Assembly: GCA_046704665.1 (NCBI GenBank)
Contig: JBJKRJ010000001.1
Span: forward strand, 57,255 to 121,254
Length of the DNA stretch: 64,000 nucleotides
Direction: 5' to 3'
Origin: Thermoplasmata archaeon
GTDB lineage: Archaea > Thermoplasmatota > Thermoplasmata > Lutacidiplasmatales > UBA184
Position 1 is the first letter of the stretch. The number at the start of each line of letters is the position of its first letter. Below the pieces are notes generated by a model, which had not been told where the DNA came from, did not search any database, and saw only the letters and a program-made list of their open reading frames with translations. A program made the translations under genes and the position numbers. Below are positions 1 through 9,143 of this stretch, piece after piece.

Positions 1-330
1 ACGAGCGCCCAGGCCCCGGACCTCTATTCCGCCCGCGGGGTCCCCGAGCTCGCCGAGCGACTCGCGCCCCGCTTTCCCTCGGTGGCCGAGGGCGATGCCG
101 AGTATGCGGACGGGGAGAGCCTTGCCGCCTACGAGGTCGCGCTCCAGCGCGATCGGGCGGTCTCGGAGCTCAAGCGGATGCGAACGTATCCCCTGTCGCT
201 GGCCGTGATCTTCACCTACGTCTTCCTCGCCGAGCTCGAGCGCGCGGACCTGCGACGGATCATGTTCGGACGGCTCTACGACTTCCCGCCCGAACGGATC
301 ACGCCGCTCCTCGTGACCCCGCGCCTGTAG
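1..330 (+). CDS. atpC: A/V-type ATP synthase subunit C (V0 d-like), C-terminal fragment; the ORF is open to the window edge, so the gene continues upstream
   Basis: Frame 1 is open from position 1 to the stop at 330. The C-terminus 'YPLSLAVIFTYVFLAELERADLRRIMFG' resembles the conserved C-terminal helix of the AC39/d-subunit family (compare yeast Vma6 'FYAYVKLKEQEIRNITWIAE'). It is convergent with atpI. Confidence 0.45.
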   Translation, partial: TSAQAPDLYSARGVPELAERLAPRFPSVAEGDAEYADGESLAAYEVALQRDRAVSELKRMRTYPLSLAVIFTYVFLAELERADLRRIMFGRLYDFPPERITPLLVTPRL

Positions 331-370
331 GCGCGCGCTCGGTGCGCCCGCCCGACGGACCTCTCCGTCC

Positions 371-2386
371 TCACCGCTCGGGTGTGCGGACGATCGGACC
401 GGTGACCGACGGGCCCTTGTCGAACGCGCCGATCGGGCTCACCGTGTGCGTGCGGGCCCCGCCGAACGGGTGGAAGGGCCGACCGTTCCCGGTGTAGAAC
501 TTCGAGAAGTACTCCACGAAGATGAGCCGCGCCCCTTGGATCCCGGGTTCGAAGACCCCGAGGATCACGTTGAACGACTGCCCGATCACGATGATCACGG
601 CCCCGGCGATGATGCCCGAGATCGCCCCGCCCAGGATGAGCCCGGCCCCGATCTGGTTGATCACGAGCGCGAGGATCACGCTGGCCAGAAGGATGCCGAC
701 GAGCCGGGTGTAGGAAAGGATGTGGCTCACGACCTCGATGAGCCCCATCATCCCCATCTGGATCCCTTCCCCGACGAGGAGCAGCAGGAGACCGGCAATG
801 ACCAGGCCGAGATAGACGTCGAAGAGCGGGTTCCCCGTGAGGGAGTCCTGCTTGTGGATGACCGCGAGCCCCAGGAAGGCGATCCCGAAGGCGAGGAGGA
901 CCCCTCCGACCTTCCCGACGACCCCCCGTGGGTGGTGATGGAAGTGGTCCTTCAGCGCTCCCATGAGGAAGCCCAGGACGACCATCCCGAGACCGATGTA
1001 GCCGGCCAGGAGGAGCAGGGTGGAGACCGTCGTGGAATGCAACGGGTCGACCGGTGCGGCGTAGCCGAACCAGGCGTTGAAGAGGTGGTAGCCGAAGAAC
1101 TCGTCCCAGAAGATCCCCAGGCCCATCGCCAGGGCGCATCCGGGCAGGATCGCCCAGGCCAGCTGCTGCATCCCTTTCGGACCCATGATCATCTTCACGA
1201 AGTTCCGTCCGAACTTCGGGAGGTAGCGCGCCGCCGGGAAGCCGGCGAGCATCCAGAGCGAGATCAGGAGGATCGTGAGCCCGTAGCCCCAGTCGCCCAG
1301 CATGAGCCCGAAGAAGAGCGGGAAGGCGATCGAAAAGACGAGGGTCGGGTCCCACTCGGTCGCCTGCGGGAGCGAATAGAACCGGATGAAGAACTCGAAG
1401 CGGCGGACCCCCTTCGGGTTGCTCATCATCGTCGGCGGTTCCTCGTGCGTCGGGACCTCGTAGAAGTAGACCCGCCCACCGGCCGTCTGGGAGACCAGGC
1501 GCTGGAGACGCTCCACGTCGCGCGCCGGGACCCAGGACTCGAGCGCGAACGCCGTGTGGCTCGCCCCGAGCTTCTGGAGGACCTCCGCCTTGCGGTTCTC
1601 GATCTCGAGCGCCTCGTCGATCGCGGCCACGGTGGGGTACCAGTCGCGGGAGATGGCGCCGAGCCGGTCCACGATCTCCTTCCGCCGGGCCGTGATCGCT
1701 CCCAGGCGGACCTCGAGGTCCGTGATCTCCTCGCGGGGGGTGCGGTCGAGGGCGGGCATCGCGGTCAGGTGCGCCCCGTTCTCCTGGGCGGCCCGGCTGA
1801 GGACGTCCGCGCCCGCGAGCCGGCTCACCACGATGAACCGCGCCTTCTCCTTCTCTCTCACGGGTCCGACGATGAAGCGGGCGTCCGCCGTTGGCGGAAG
1901 CGCGGCGCGGAGGGGAGCAAGCCGTTCGGGCGCGACCTCTCCAAAGAACGCGAGAAAGCTCGCGGACCGCAGGTACTCCAGACGCTCGGGATAGAAGTCG
2001 AGCCGTCGGAGGAGGTGGAGGGTGTCGTTGGTCGCCTTCAGTTCGGTCTGGAGCCGATCGTCCTCCCGCGCGAGCTCCCCGACCTCGGCGTCGATCGGGA
2101 TCCGCTCGGCCGCGGCGAGGATGTCGGCGACGGACTCGAACCGCTGCGGGTGGGGGACCGGGACCTTCGGAAGGACGCTCATGAGGCCGCGGAAGCGCAG
2201 CGTCTCGTCGGCCACGTGCCGGAGCGTCTCGGGTCCCCGTTCGGGCGTCAGCTCCGCCATCGCCTCGGGCCGGAGCGGCTCGATCTGCGCCACGTGGAGA
2301 TCGTGGAGGGTCGTGAGGACCCGCTCCTCGTCCTCGCGTAGGCCGAGGAAGCCGATCTTGACCATCCGGACCGGTCGCAGCACCAT
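371..2386 (-). CDS. atpI: A1AO ATP synthase subunit I (membrane a-subunit)
   Basis: 671 aa. Soluble N-terminal half, then a C-terminal half with multiple TM helices ('LFFGLMLGDWGYG', 'VLGFLMGALKDH'). Sits immediately downstream of atpH in the operon. Confidence 0.85.
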   Translation of the reverse strand: MVLRPVRMVKIGFLGLREDEERVLTTLHDLHVAQIEPLRPEAMAELTPERGPETLRHVADETLRFRGLMSVLPKVPVPHPQRFESVADILAAAERIPIDAEVGELAREDDRLQTELKATNDTLHLLRRLDFYPERLEYLRSASFLAFFGEVAPERLAPLRAALPPTADARFIVGPVREKEKARFIVVSRLAGADVLSRAAQENGAHLTAMPALDRTPREEITDLEVRLGAITARRKEIVDRLGAISRDWYPTVAAIDEALEIENRKAEVLQKLGASHTAFALESWVPARDVERLQRLVSQTAGGRVYFYEVPTHEEPPTMMSNPKGVRRFEFFIRFYSLPQATEWDPTLVFSIAFPLFFGLMLGDWGYGLTILLISLWMLAGFPAARYLPKFGRNFVKMIMGPKGMQQLAWAILPGCALAMGLGIFWDEFFGYHLFNAWFGYAAPVDPLHSTTVSTLLLLAGYIGLGMVVLGFLMGALKDHFHHHPRGVVGKVGGVLLAFGIAFLGLAVIHKQDSLTGNPLFDVYLGLVIAGLLLLLVGEGIQMGMMGLIEVVSHILSYTRLVGILLASVILALVINQIGAGLILGGAISGIIAGAVIIVIGQSFNVILGVFEPGIQGARLIFVEYFSKFYTGNGRPFHPFGGARTHTVSPIGAFDKGPSVTGPIVRTPER

Positions 2387-2396
2387 CCGCCGTCTC

Positions 2397-2777
2397 CTAG
2401 TCGCCCTGGAAGCCGCCGAGGAGGACGGCCAGCACGTCGTTCTTCCGAGCCGCGACGCCTTTGCCGGCCCCTTCGGTCGCGGCCTTCGCGGCCCGCTCGC
2501 CCTCCGCGACGATCTGGGCCGCCTCGGCGTCGGCCGCGGTGCGCGCCCTCTCGATCGTGCGGGAGCGCTCCGCCTCGGCCTCGGTCCGGGCCTGCGCGAG
2601 CAGGGTCTCCGTCTCCTCCTTGAGCCGTTTACCGGATGCTTCGGCGTCGCGGCGGGCCGCGGCGACCTTCTCCTCCCACTCGGTCTCGGCGAGCTTGATC
2701 CGTTTCAGTGCGTCGATGGTGGCCGTGTCCGCTGGACCGACGGCCGCCGCTCCCGGGGCAGCTTCCGATGCGTTCAT
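2397..2777 (-). CDS. atpH: A1AO ATP synthase subunit H (peripheral stalk; coiled-coil, Glu/Ala/Arg-rich)
   Basis: 126 aa, all-helical and charged ('IKLAETEWEEKVAAARRDAEASGKRLKEETE'). Lies between atpD and atpI. Confidence 0.55.
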   Translation of the reverse strand: MNASEAAPGAAAVGPADTATIDALKRIKLAETEWEEKVAAARRDAEASGKRLKEETETLLAQARTEAEAERSRTIERARTAADAEAAQIVAEGERAAKAATEGAGKGVAARKNDVLAVLLGGFQGD

Positions 2778-2899
2778 GGGTGGACTCCAAGGACATAAAG
2801 GACGAGATAGGCGAAGACGCCGAGCGCCACGACCTTGACCGCGATCGAGACCGCATAGACGACGGTGAACTTCCGGACGAGGTCAGGCCGTGGCGCCAC
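2774..2899 (-). CDS. Candidate 42-codon (41-aa) hydrophobic micro-protein (GTG start at 2899), single predicted TM helix 'VAPRPDLVRKFTVVYAVSIAVKVVALGVFAYLVLYVLGVHP'
   Basis: SD-like 'CAGGAGG' sits 6 nt upstream of the GTG. Its TGA stop overlaps the atpH ATG as ATGA (plus strand 2774-2777). It overlaps the atpD 3' end by 17 nt. Confidence 0.3.
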   Translation of the reverse strand: MAPRPDLVRKFTVVYAVSIAVKVVALGVFAYLVLYVLGVHP

Positions 2900-3527
2900 T
2901 TTCGGCCTCCTGCTCCATCTTGCGCTTGACGGTCTTGAGCATGCTGAACGAGTCCCGCTCGAGCTCGTCGAACCGGAACTTGATGTACCGCACGGTCCCC
3001 TCGAGGCGCGGGATCAGGACGTTCTCGATCGCGTTCGCGCGCCGCTTCGTCTTCTCGATCTCCTTGAGGAGGCGGCGCAGCGCGTTCTCCTTCTCGGCGA
3101 TGTCGAGGACGACCTCGTAGATCCCCTGGAACCGGTGGATCGCTTCCTGGACCGAGGTCGGAAGGTCCAGGAGGACGGCCGCCTCGGTCGGGGTGAACCC
3201 GCGACGGTCGAGCCGGGGGGTGCGGACGCCCATGACGTTCTTCGTCGTGACCCGGACCGGGCGGATGTCGGGCAGGAGCATCGAGATGTTCTCGAGCCGT
3301 ACCGCGCCTTCGAACATCTCGGCCTTGCGGATCGAGTCGTACCCCTGGACGATCTTCTCCCGGAGGTTCCCCCGCAGGCGGAGCGCCTCCCGCGAGATCG
3401 CGAAGAACTCGTTGATCAGGGCGGTCCGCTTCAGCTTCAGGAGGTTGAGCCCGCGCTTGGCGACGGCGATCCGACGACGCGTGCGGAGGAGCTCCAGCCG
3501 CGTCGGACGGATCTCTTCACCGGGCAC
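2883..3527 (-). CDS. atpD: A1AO ATP synthase subunit D (central stalk)
   Basis: GTG start preceded by 'AGGAGGTG'. The N-terminus 'PGEEIRPTRLELLRTRRRIAVAKRGLNLLKLKR' is typical of AtpD. The long ORF call 2883..3809 is an upstream read-through. Confidence 0.85.
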   Translation of the reverse strand: MPGEEIRPTRLELLRTRRRIAVAKRGLNLLKLKRTALINEFFAISREALRLRGNLREKIVQGYDSIRKAEMFEGAVRLENISMLLPDIRPVRVTTKNVMGVRTPRLDRRGFTPTEAAVLLDLPTSVQEAIHRFQGIYEVVLDIAEKENALRRLLKEIEKTKRRANAIENVLIPRLEGTVRYIKFRFDELERDSFSMLKTVKRKMEQEAESGATA

Positions 3528-3546
3528 GACCCACCTCCTCGGACGA

Positions 3547-4987
3547 TCACACGCCAGCGGCCGGTGGATGCGCCCGGAACTGGGCGATGAACTCGGGGCG
3601 GATCCGCTTGAGCTCGGAGTCGGGAAGGTCGGAGAGGATGTCCCAGGCGATCCCGAGGCTCTGGTCGATCGTCCGGTCCTCGTCCGGCCGCTGGTTGACG
3701 AACTCCTTCTCGAACCGGTCGGCGATCTTGAGGTAGAGCCGGTCGACGGCGCTGAGCGCCTCCTCGCCGACGATCGCGGAGAGGGCCCGCTGGTCCTTCC
3801 CGGTCGCATACGCCGCGAAGAGCTGGTCGGAGACGCCCCGGTGGTCCTCCCGCGTGCGGTCCTTGCCGATCCCGAGGCTCATCAGGCGCGACAGGCTCGG
3901 AAGGACATCGATCGGGGGGTAGATCCCCTTGCGCTGGAGCTCCCGGCTGACGTAGACCTGGCCCTCCGTGATGTAGCCGGTGAGGTCGGGGATCGGGTGC
4001 GTGACGTCGTCGGCGGGCATCGTGAGGATCGGGAGCTGCGTGATCGATCCCTTCCTCCCGTGGATCTTCCCCGCCCGCTCGTACATCGTCGCGAGGTCGG
4101 TGTAGAGGTACCCCGGATACCCCCGACGGCCCGGGACCTCGTCCCGCGCGGCCGAGACCTCCCGGAGCGCTTCGCAGTAGCTCGTCATGTCGGTGAGCAC
4201 GACCAGCACGTGGAGGTCCTTCTCGTAGGCGAGGTACTCCGCGGCGGTGAGCGCCATCCGCGGGGTGACGACCCGCTCCATCGACGGGTCGGAGGAGAGG
4301 TTCAGGAAGACGACCGCCCGTTCGAGGGCGCCGGTCGACTCGAACTCCCGGAGGAAGTAGTTCGCCTCCTCGCTCGTGATCCCCATCGCGGCGAAGACGA
4401 CGGCGAACCCCTCGCTCGAGTTGCGCAGCTTCGCCTGCCGGACGATCTGCGCGGCGACCATGTTGTGGGGGAGCCCCGACGCCGAGAAGATCGGGAGCTT
4501 CTGACCGCGGACGAGCGTGTTGTTGACGTCGATCGTCGAGATGCCGGTCTGGATGAACTCGCTCGGCTCCTGGCGCGAGTACGGGTTCATGGCGTTCCCG
4601 ACGATCTCGAGCCGTGTCTCGCTCACGATCTTCGGGCCGCCGTCGCGCGGCTCGCCGAGGCCGTTGAAGACGCGCCCCAGGAGCTCGTCGGAGACCGCGA
4701 GGGTCGCGACCTCGCCGAGGAACTTCACGCTCGTCTTCTCGACGTTGATCCCCATCGTGGGGCCGAAGACCTGGACGATCGCGAGGCCCTTCCTCGAATC
4801 GAGGACCTGGCCCTGCCGGCGCTCGCCGTTCGGGAGCGCGATCTCGACGATCTCTCCGTAGGCGGCGTTCGCGACGTCGCGGACGAAGATGAGCGGACCC
4901 GCGACCCGGTCGATCGTCCGGTAGTCGATGGGGACCTCGGGCACGGCCTTCGCCGCGCGGACGCCCTCGACGGCCATCAGGGACCTC
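3547..4987 (-). CDS. atpB: A1AO ATP synthase subunit B (regulatory)
   Basis: '[10 protein letters not shown]...[19 protein letters not shown]...[13 protein letters not shown]...[22 protein letters not shown]'. The ATG at 4987 was located by hand; the 946-aa ORF call is an upstream extension through atpA. Confidence 0.95.
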
Positions 4988-6731
4988 CCGTCGCGGCGAC
5001 GGCCTGGGTCATATCGTGCTCGAGCTGATCGAACTGGGTCTTCATCTCCTTCTCCGGGATCCACTTCATCCGCGAGATCGTCGTCCGGACCGGGAGCTTC
5101 TGCAGCTGCGCGACGGTCGCCCCGCGGGCGACCGCTTCCTGCTCCCGCTCGCCGAACTGGAGGATCGTCCGCAGCATCCGCATCTGCTTCTGGATCGACG
5201 TGTAGGTGTCGACCTCGTCGTACGCGCTCTGCTGGAGGAAGTCCTCCCGCAGCATCCGCGCGACGTCGAGCGTCGCCTTCTCGCGTTCGGGGAGCGCATC
5301 GACCCCGACCAGCTGGACGATCTCCTGGAGCTCGGCCTCCTTCTGGAGCGTCTCGAGCGCCTTCTGACGGAGCTGGACGAACTCCGAGGAGAGCTCCTTC
5401 GTATACCACGGACCGAGGTCCCCGCCGTACAGGGAATAGCTCTGGAGCCAGTTGATCGACGGGAAGTGACGGCGCGAGGCGAGCGACGCGTCGAGCGCCC
5501 AGAACACCCGGGTCACGCGCAGCGTGTTCTGGCTCACCGGCTCCGAGGTATCCCCGCCGGGTGGCGAGACCGCACCGATCACCGAGACCGAACCCGTCCG
5601 GCCCTCGGGCGAGACGGTGATGACGCGGCCGGAGCGCTCGTAGAACTCCGCGACCCGCCGTCCGAGGTAGGCCGGGTACCCTTCCTCGCCCGGCATCTCT
5701 TCGAGCCGTCCGGAGATCTCCCGCATCGCCTCGGCCCATCGGCTCGTCGAATCGGCCATCAGCGCGACGTCGTAGCCCATGTCGCGGTAGTACTCGGCGA
5801 TCGTGATCCCGGTGTAGACGCTCGCTTCCCGAGCGGCGACCGGCATGTTCGAGGTGTTCGCGATCAGGATCGTCCGTTCCATCAGCGGCCGCTTCGACTT
5901 CGGGTCCTGGAGGTGCGGGAACTCGGTGAGCACTTCGCACATCTCGTTCCCCCGTTCGCCGCAGCCGACGTAGACGACGATGTCGGAGTCGGCCCACTTC
6001 GCGAGCTGCTGCTGGGTGACGGTCTTGCCGGACCCGAAAGGTCCCGGGATGCAGGCGGTGCCGCCCTTCGCCACCGGGAAGAACGTGTCGATGACCCGTT
6101 GGCCCGTCACGAGCGGGATATCGGGAGGCAGCTTCTGCGCGACCGGGCGTGGGACCCGGACGACCCACTTCTGCGAGAGCAGGAGCGGCACGGATCCGGA
6201 GGAGGTCGCGACCGATCCGATCGGGTCGTGCACCGTGTAGGTCCCGCTCTTGAGCTCCTTGAGCGTCCCGCGGACCCCCGGCGGGACCATGATCTTGTGG
6301 AGGACGATGGGGGTCTCCTGGACTGTCCCGAGGATCGCTCCCGGGGTGACCTCGCTCCCGACCTTCGCGGTCGCGGCGAACTCCCACTTCGCGTTCGGGT
6401 CGAGCGGCGCGGCGACCGAACCGCGCGTGATGAAATCCCCGGAACCCTTCTGGATCACGTCGAGCGGACGCTGGACGCCATCGTAGATCGATTTGACGAG
6501 GCCGGGGCCGAGCTCGACGCTGAGCGCCTGACCGGTGTTCTCAACGGGGTCCCCGGGACGGATCCCGGTCGTGTCCTCGTAGACCTGCACGGTCGCGGCC
6601 CCCCCCACGAGACGAATGATCTCCCCCACGAGACCGAGCGCGCCGACGCGGACGACATCGTACATCTTCGCTTCTTGAAGGCCCTCGGCGATGACGACCG
6701 GACCGGTCACGCGTGCGACGACTCCTTCCAT
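4977..6731 (-). CDS. atpA: A1AO ATP synthase subunit A (catalytic)
   Basis: Walker A 'GPFGSGKTV' and '[18 protein letters not shown]'. 584 aa. Overlaps the atpB start by 11 nt. Confidence 0.95.
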   Translation of the reverse strand: MEGVVARVTGPVVIAEGLQEAKMYDVVRVGALGLVGEIIRLVGGAATVQVYEDTTGIRPGDPVENTGQALSVELGPGLVKSIYDGVQRPLDVIQKGSGDFITRGSVAAPLDPNAKWEFAATAKVGSEVTPGAILGTVQETPIVLHKIMVPPGVRGTLKELKSGTYTVHDPIGSVATSSGSVPLLLSQKWVVRVPRPVAQKLPPDIPLVTGQRVIDTFFPVAKGGTACIPGPFGSGKTVTQQQLAKWADSDIVVYVGCGERGNEMCEVLTEFPHLQDPKSKRPLMERTILIANTSNMPVAAREASVYTGITIAEYYRDMGYDVALMADSTSRWAEAMREISGRLEEMPGEEGYPAYLGRRVAEFYERSGRVITVSPEGRTGSVSVIGAVSPPGGDTSEPVSQNTLRVTRVFWALDASLASRRHFPSINWLQSYSLYGGDLGPWYTKELSSEFVQLRQKALETLQKEAELQEIVQLVGVDALPEREKATLDVARMLREDFLQQSAYDEVDTYTSIQKQMRMLRTILQFGEREQEAVARGATVAQLQKLPVRTTISRMKWIPEKEMKTQFDQLEHDMTQAVAATGGP

Positions 6732-6740
6732 GTTCTTCTC

Positions 6741-7079
6741 CTACGATGGAACTTCCAGGGTGACCCCGAGAACGCGTTTGGCGAGCGCGTTGATGCTCTC
6801 GACCTCGTACTCGCCGGTCGGGGTCGGAACGAAGACCGCGAGGGGGTGGAGCGACGCATCCGCGCTGGTCCGCTGGGCCTCCGTGAGCTGCGCGCGGATC
6901 GACTGGCTCGCGATGACGAGGCTGTACCGTCCCTCCGCCATCACCCGCTCGAACTCCGGGACCGCGTTCTCCGGGGTCACTTCGATGACGTCCTTGAGGC
7001 CGATCAGACGGAACCCGATCGCGAGCTCACGCTCTCCTAGGACGACGGTCGGACCCGGTTCTTTGGACGTCTCGGGCAC
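6741..7079 (-). CDS. atpF: A1AO ATP synthase subunit F
   Basis: 112 aa, 'VVLGERELAIGFRLIGL...SLVIASQSI'. The true start may be an internal GTG near 7046. Confidence 0.8.
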   Translation of the reverse strand: MPETSKEPGPTVVLGERELAIGFRLIGLKDVIEVTPENAVPEFERVMAEGRYSLVIASQSIRAQLTEAQRTSADASLHPLAVFVPTPTGEYEVESINALAKRVLGVTLEVPS

Positions 7080-7099
7080 GGCGCCTTCGGCGGGGCTTG

Positions 7100-7125
7100 A
7101 GCGTATTTATCCTCTCCTCCGAAAT
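7100..7125 (-). promoter_or_regulatory. Putative archaeal promoter (TATA-like 'ATAAATA' plus purine-rich BRE) for the atpFABDHI operon
   Basis: AT-rich 'GGAGGAGAGGATAAATACGC' on the minus strand, about 25-45 nt upstream of the atpF GTG. Inferred from position and composition only. Confidence 0.3.
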
Positions 7126-7172
7126 GCCTTTTCGGCGGCGGTGAAATGCGCTTCACCCTCGGTCGCGCGAGG

Positions 7173-7451
7173 CTACTTGTACACCGAGTTGTGGACGTTC
7201 CCTTCGTCGTCCGTGATGAGGATGCACTCCCCTTCGCACTCGAAGAGGCACGCCTCGCAGACGATGCAGTCCGGTCCGTGGATCGCGACCGACTTCTCTC
7301 CCCGGAACTGGAACTTGGCGCCGACCGTGGGGTCGTCGACGACCTCGGGGAACTGATCGCGGGGTTTCAGCTCGAAGACATTCACCGGACAGACATCGCG
7401 GCAGTGGGCGCATCCGGTACATTTCGCCATCTCGATGTCGACCGTGACCAT
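7173..7451 (-). CDS. 2x[4Fe-4S] ferredoxin
   Basis: 92 aa with two cluster-binding motifs: 'CTGCAHCRDVCP' and 'CIVCEACLFEC'. Confidence 0.8.
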   Translation of the reverse strand: MVTVDIEMAKCTGCAHCRDVCPVNVFELKPRDQFPEVVDDPTVGAKFQFRGEKSVAIHGPDCIVCEACLFECEGECILITDDEGNVHNSVYK

Positions 7452-7664
7452 GAGTGAACCCCCGCTCCGAATTCAACACCGTCCCATATTTAGGATGTGT
7501 CGTCAAATGAACGACATCTCGGCTCCCCCCGGTCCCCCCTGCCCTGCGGCCCGGGGGCGCGATGGGGCCAAAAGTCTTGGCGACCTTCAGAACGTTGTGC
7601 CACGATTCGACACTCCTTCTTGGTTCGCCCCTCCCGGGGGAAGCGTACCGGGTCTCCGTTTCCC

Positions 7665-9092
7665 ATGAGTCGCCCGTCGCTGCCTTCCCGGGAGATCCCC
7701 TCGCTCCTCGACGGGCTCGCCGACCCTCGGCCGGCGGAGCGACGTCGGGCCGCCCAGCGGCTCGGCCGTCTCGCCCCCGCCTCCGCCCGGGGGTCGCTCG
7801 AGTCCGCCCTGGAGGATGCCGACGTGGGAGTTCGTCTCGCCGCCGCCGCCGGTCTGGGGGCGATCGGGAGGCCGGCCAGCCGTCGGCCTCTCGAGCGCCT
7901 CCTCGAAGACCCCCACTGGGTGGTCCGGGCCCAGGCGGCCTACGCCCTCTCCCGGCTTGCGCGGAGCTCCTCGGCCTCCCGGCTCGAACGCCGGCTCGCC
8001 GAGGACTCGAGCGCGCTCGTGCGCAACGCGTCGGCGCTCGCCCTCGGTCGCATCGGCCTCCTCCGTTCCGCCCCGGTCCTCGAACGCGCCCTCGACGACC
8101 CCTCGGACCGGGTGCGCCGGGAGGCGATCATCGCGCTCGAACGGATGGGGGAACCCTCCGTTCCCGAGAAGGTCCGGCGGTTCCTGGACGACCCCGTCCG
8201 TCGCGTACGGATCGCCGCGGCGGTGGTGCTGGGGGCCCGACGCGATCGGGCGTCCGTCCCGAGGCTGCTTGCCCGGCTCGCCGACTCGGATCTCTGGGAG
8301 CGGCCGGCGCTCCTCGTCGCGCTCGGCCGGATCGGCGCCCCCGAGGCCGACTCGGCGCTCGCGCACGCGGCCGAGGATCCGATGCGGTCGATCCGCGTCT
8401 GTGCGGTGCACGCCCTCGCCGAGATGCGCTCGCCGCGGACCGTGAAGGTGGCACGGGCCCGGCTCTCCGACGGCGCCTGGGCGGTACGGGGGGCCGCCGC
8501 GCTCGCCCTGGGGAAGGTCGGCGACCGGGGGAGCGCCCGGCTTCTTGGACCCCTGTTACGCGACCCCCACCCGTGGCCGCGTCGGGGTGCGATCTACGCG
8601 CTCGGCCAGTTGGGGGACCGAACCGCCCGCCGGGAGATCCGTCGCGCCATGGAGGACGACGACCCCGAGGTCCGACTGGCGGCGATCTGGGCGCTCGGCC
8701 GGCTTTCGGACCCGGAAGCCCGCGACGCCCTCACCCGGGCCCTCGAGGAGAACCTCCGGGGACCCGCGACACGGCGCGGGCGGACCGTCGCCCGAGGGGA
8801 AGGCGCGATCCGGCTGATCTCGGACGCCGACAGCCGGCTCTTCGACACCCTGGTCGATGCCCTCGGCGCGCTCCAGCGCCGATCCCGACGCCCCGAGACC
8901 GACGTCGCGCTCCGGGCGGCCGCAGCGTCCGTTCCGGCCCCGGAGCTCGACCGCCCGGCGCGCCTTCCGTCCCCCCTCGGCCGGGGGGAGGACCCGACGA
9001 TCACCCGTCGCGAACTCTTCGCGCGCGCGGGGGTACGTCCGATCGGTCCGCCCCCGTTTTCAAAAGGTACCCCATGGGACGAAACGATATGA
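7665..9092 (+). CDS. HEAT-repeat (PBS-lyase-like) protein, paralog 1
   Basis: Tandem ~31-aa repeats of the form 'LxDxDxxVRxxAAxALGxIG' (>10 copies). Start taken as ATG 7665 ('MSRPSLPSREIPSLLDGL'); the 7497 extension is low-complexity. Confidence 0.7.
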   Translation: MSRPSLPSREIPSLLDGLADPRPAERRRAAQRLGRLAPASARGSLESALEDADVGVRLAAAAGLGAIGRPASRRPLERLLEDPHWVVRAQAAYALSRLARSSSASRLERRLAEDSSALVRNASALALGRIGLLRSAPVLERALDDPSDRVRREAIIALERMGEPSVPEKVRRFLDDPVRRVRIAAAVVLGARRDRASVPRLLARLADSDLWERPALLVALGRIGAPEADSALAHAAEDPMRSIRVCAVHALAEMRSPRTVKVARARLSDGAWAVRGAAALALGKVGDRGSARLLGPLLRDPHPWPRRGAIYALGQLGDRTARREIRRAMEDDDPEVRLAAIWALGRLSDPEARDALTRALEENLRGPATRRGRTVARGEGAIRLISDADSRLFDTLVDALGALQRRSRRPETDVALRAAAASVPAPELDRPARLPSPLGRGEDPTITRRELFARAGVRPIGPPPFSKGTPWDETI

Positions 9093-9143
9093 GCTTCGAA
9101 GCTCGCGGACCGGGGGCGCCCGGGCCCCGGGAGTAGCTAGCGG

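Noticed and set aside
446-2341. 631-aa plus-strand ORF (and 276..1355 minus) overlapping atpI
   Set aside because: Asp/Glu/Arg/Pro low-complexity translation antisense to or out of frame with a well-supported gene. Typical high-GC open-frame artefact.
3193-7040. Long plus-strand ORFs (3193..5028, 5016..7040) antisense to atpB / atpA
   Set aside because: Antisense to strongly supported ATP synthase genes. Arg/Asp/Leu-biased composition with no motif.
7562-9136. 524-aa alternate-frame ORF over the HEAT-repeat gene, plus similar Arg/Pro-rich ORFs (13236..15020, 14666..16342, 21739..23346, 51536..55264, 51558..53933, 34048..35124, 35290..37110)
   Set aside because: All are poly-Arg/Pro/Gly low-complexity frames overlapping genes with clear homology. 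Expected by chance at 70% GC.
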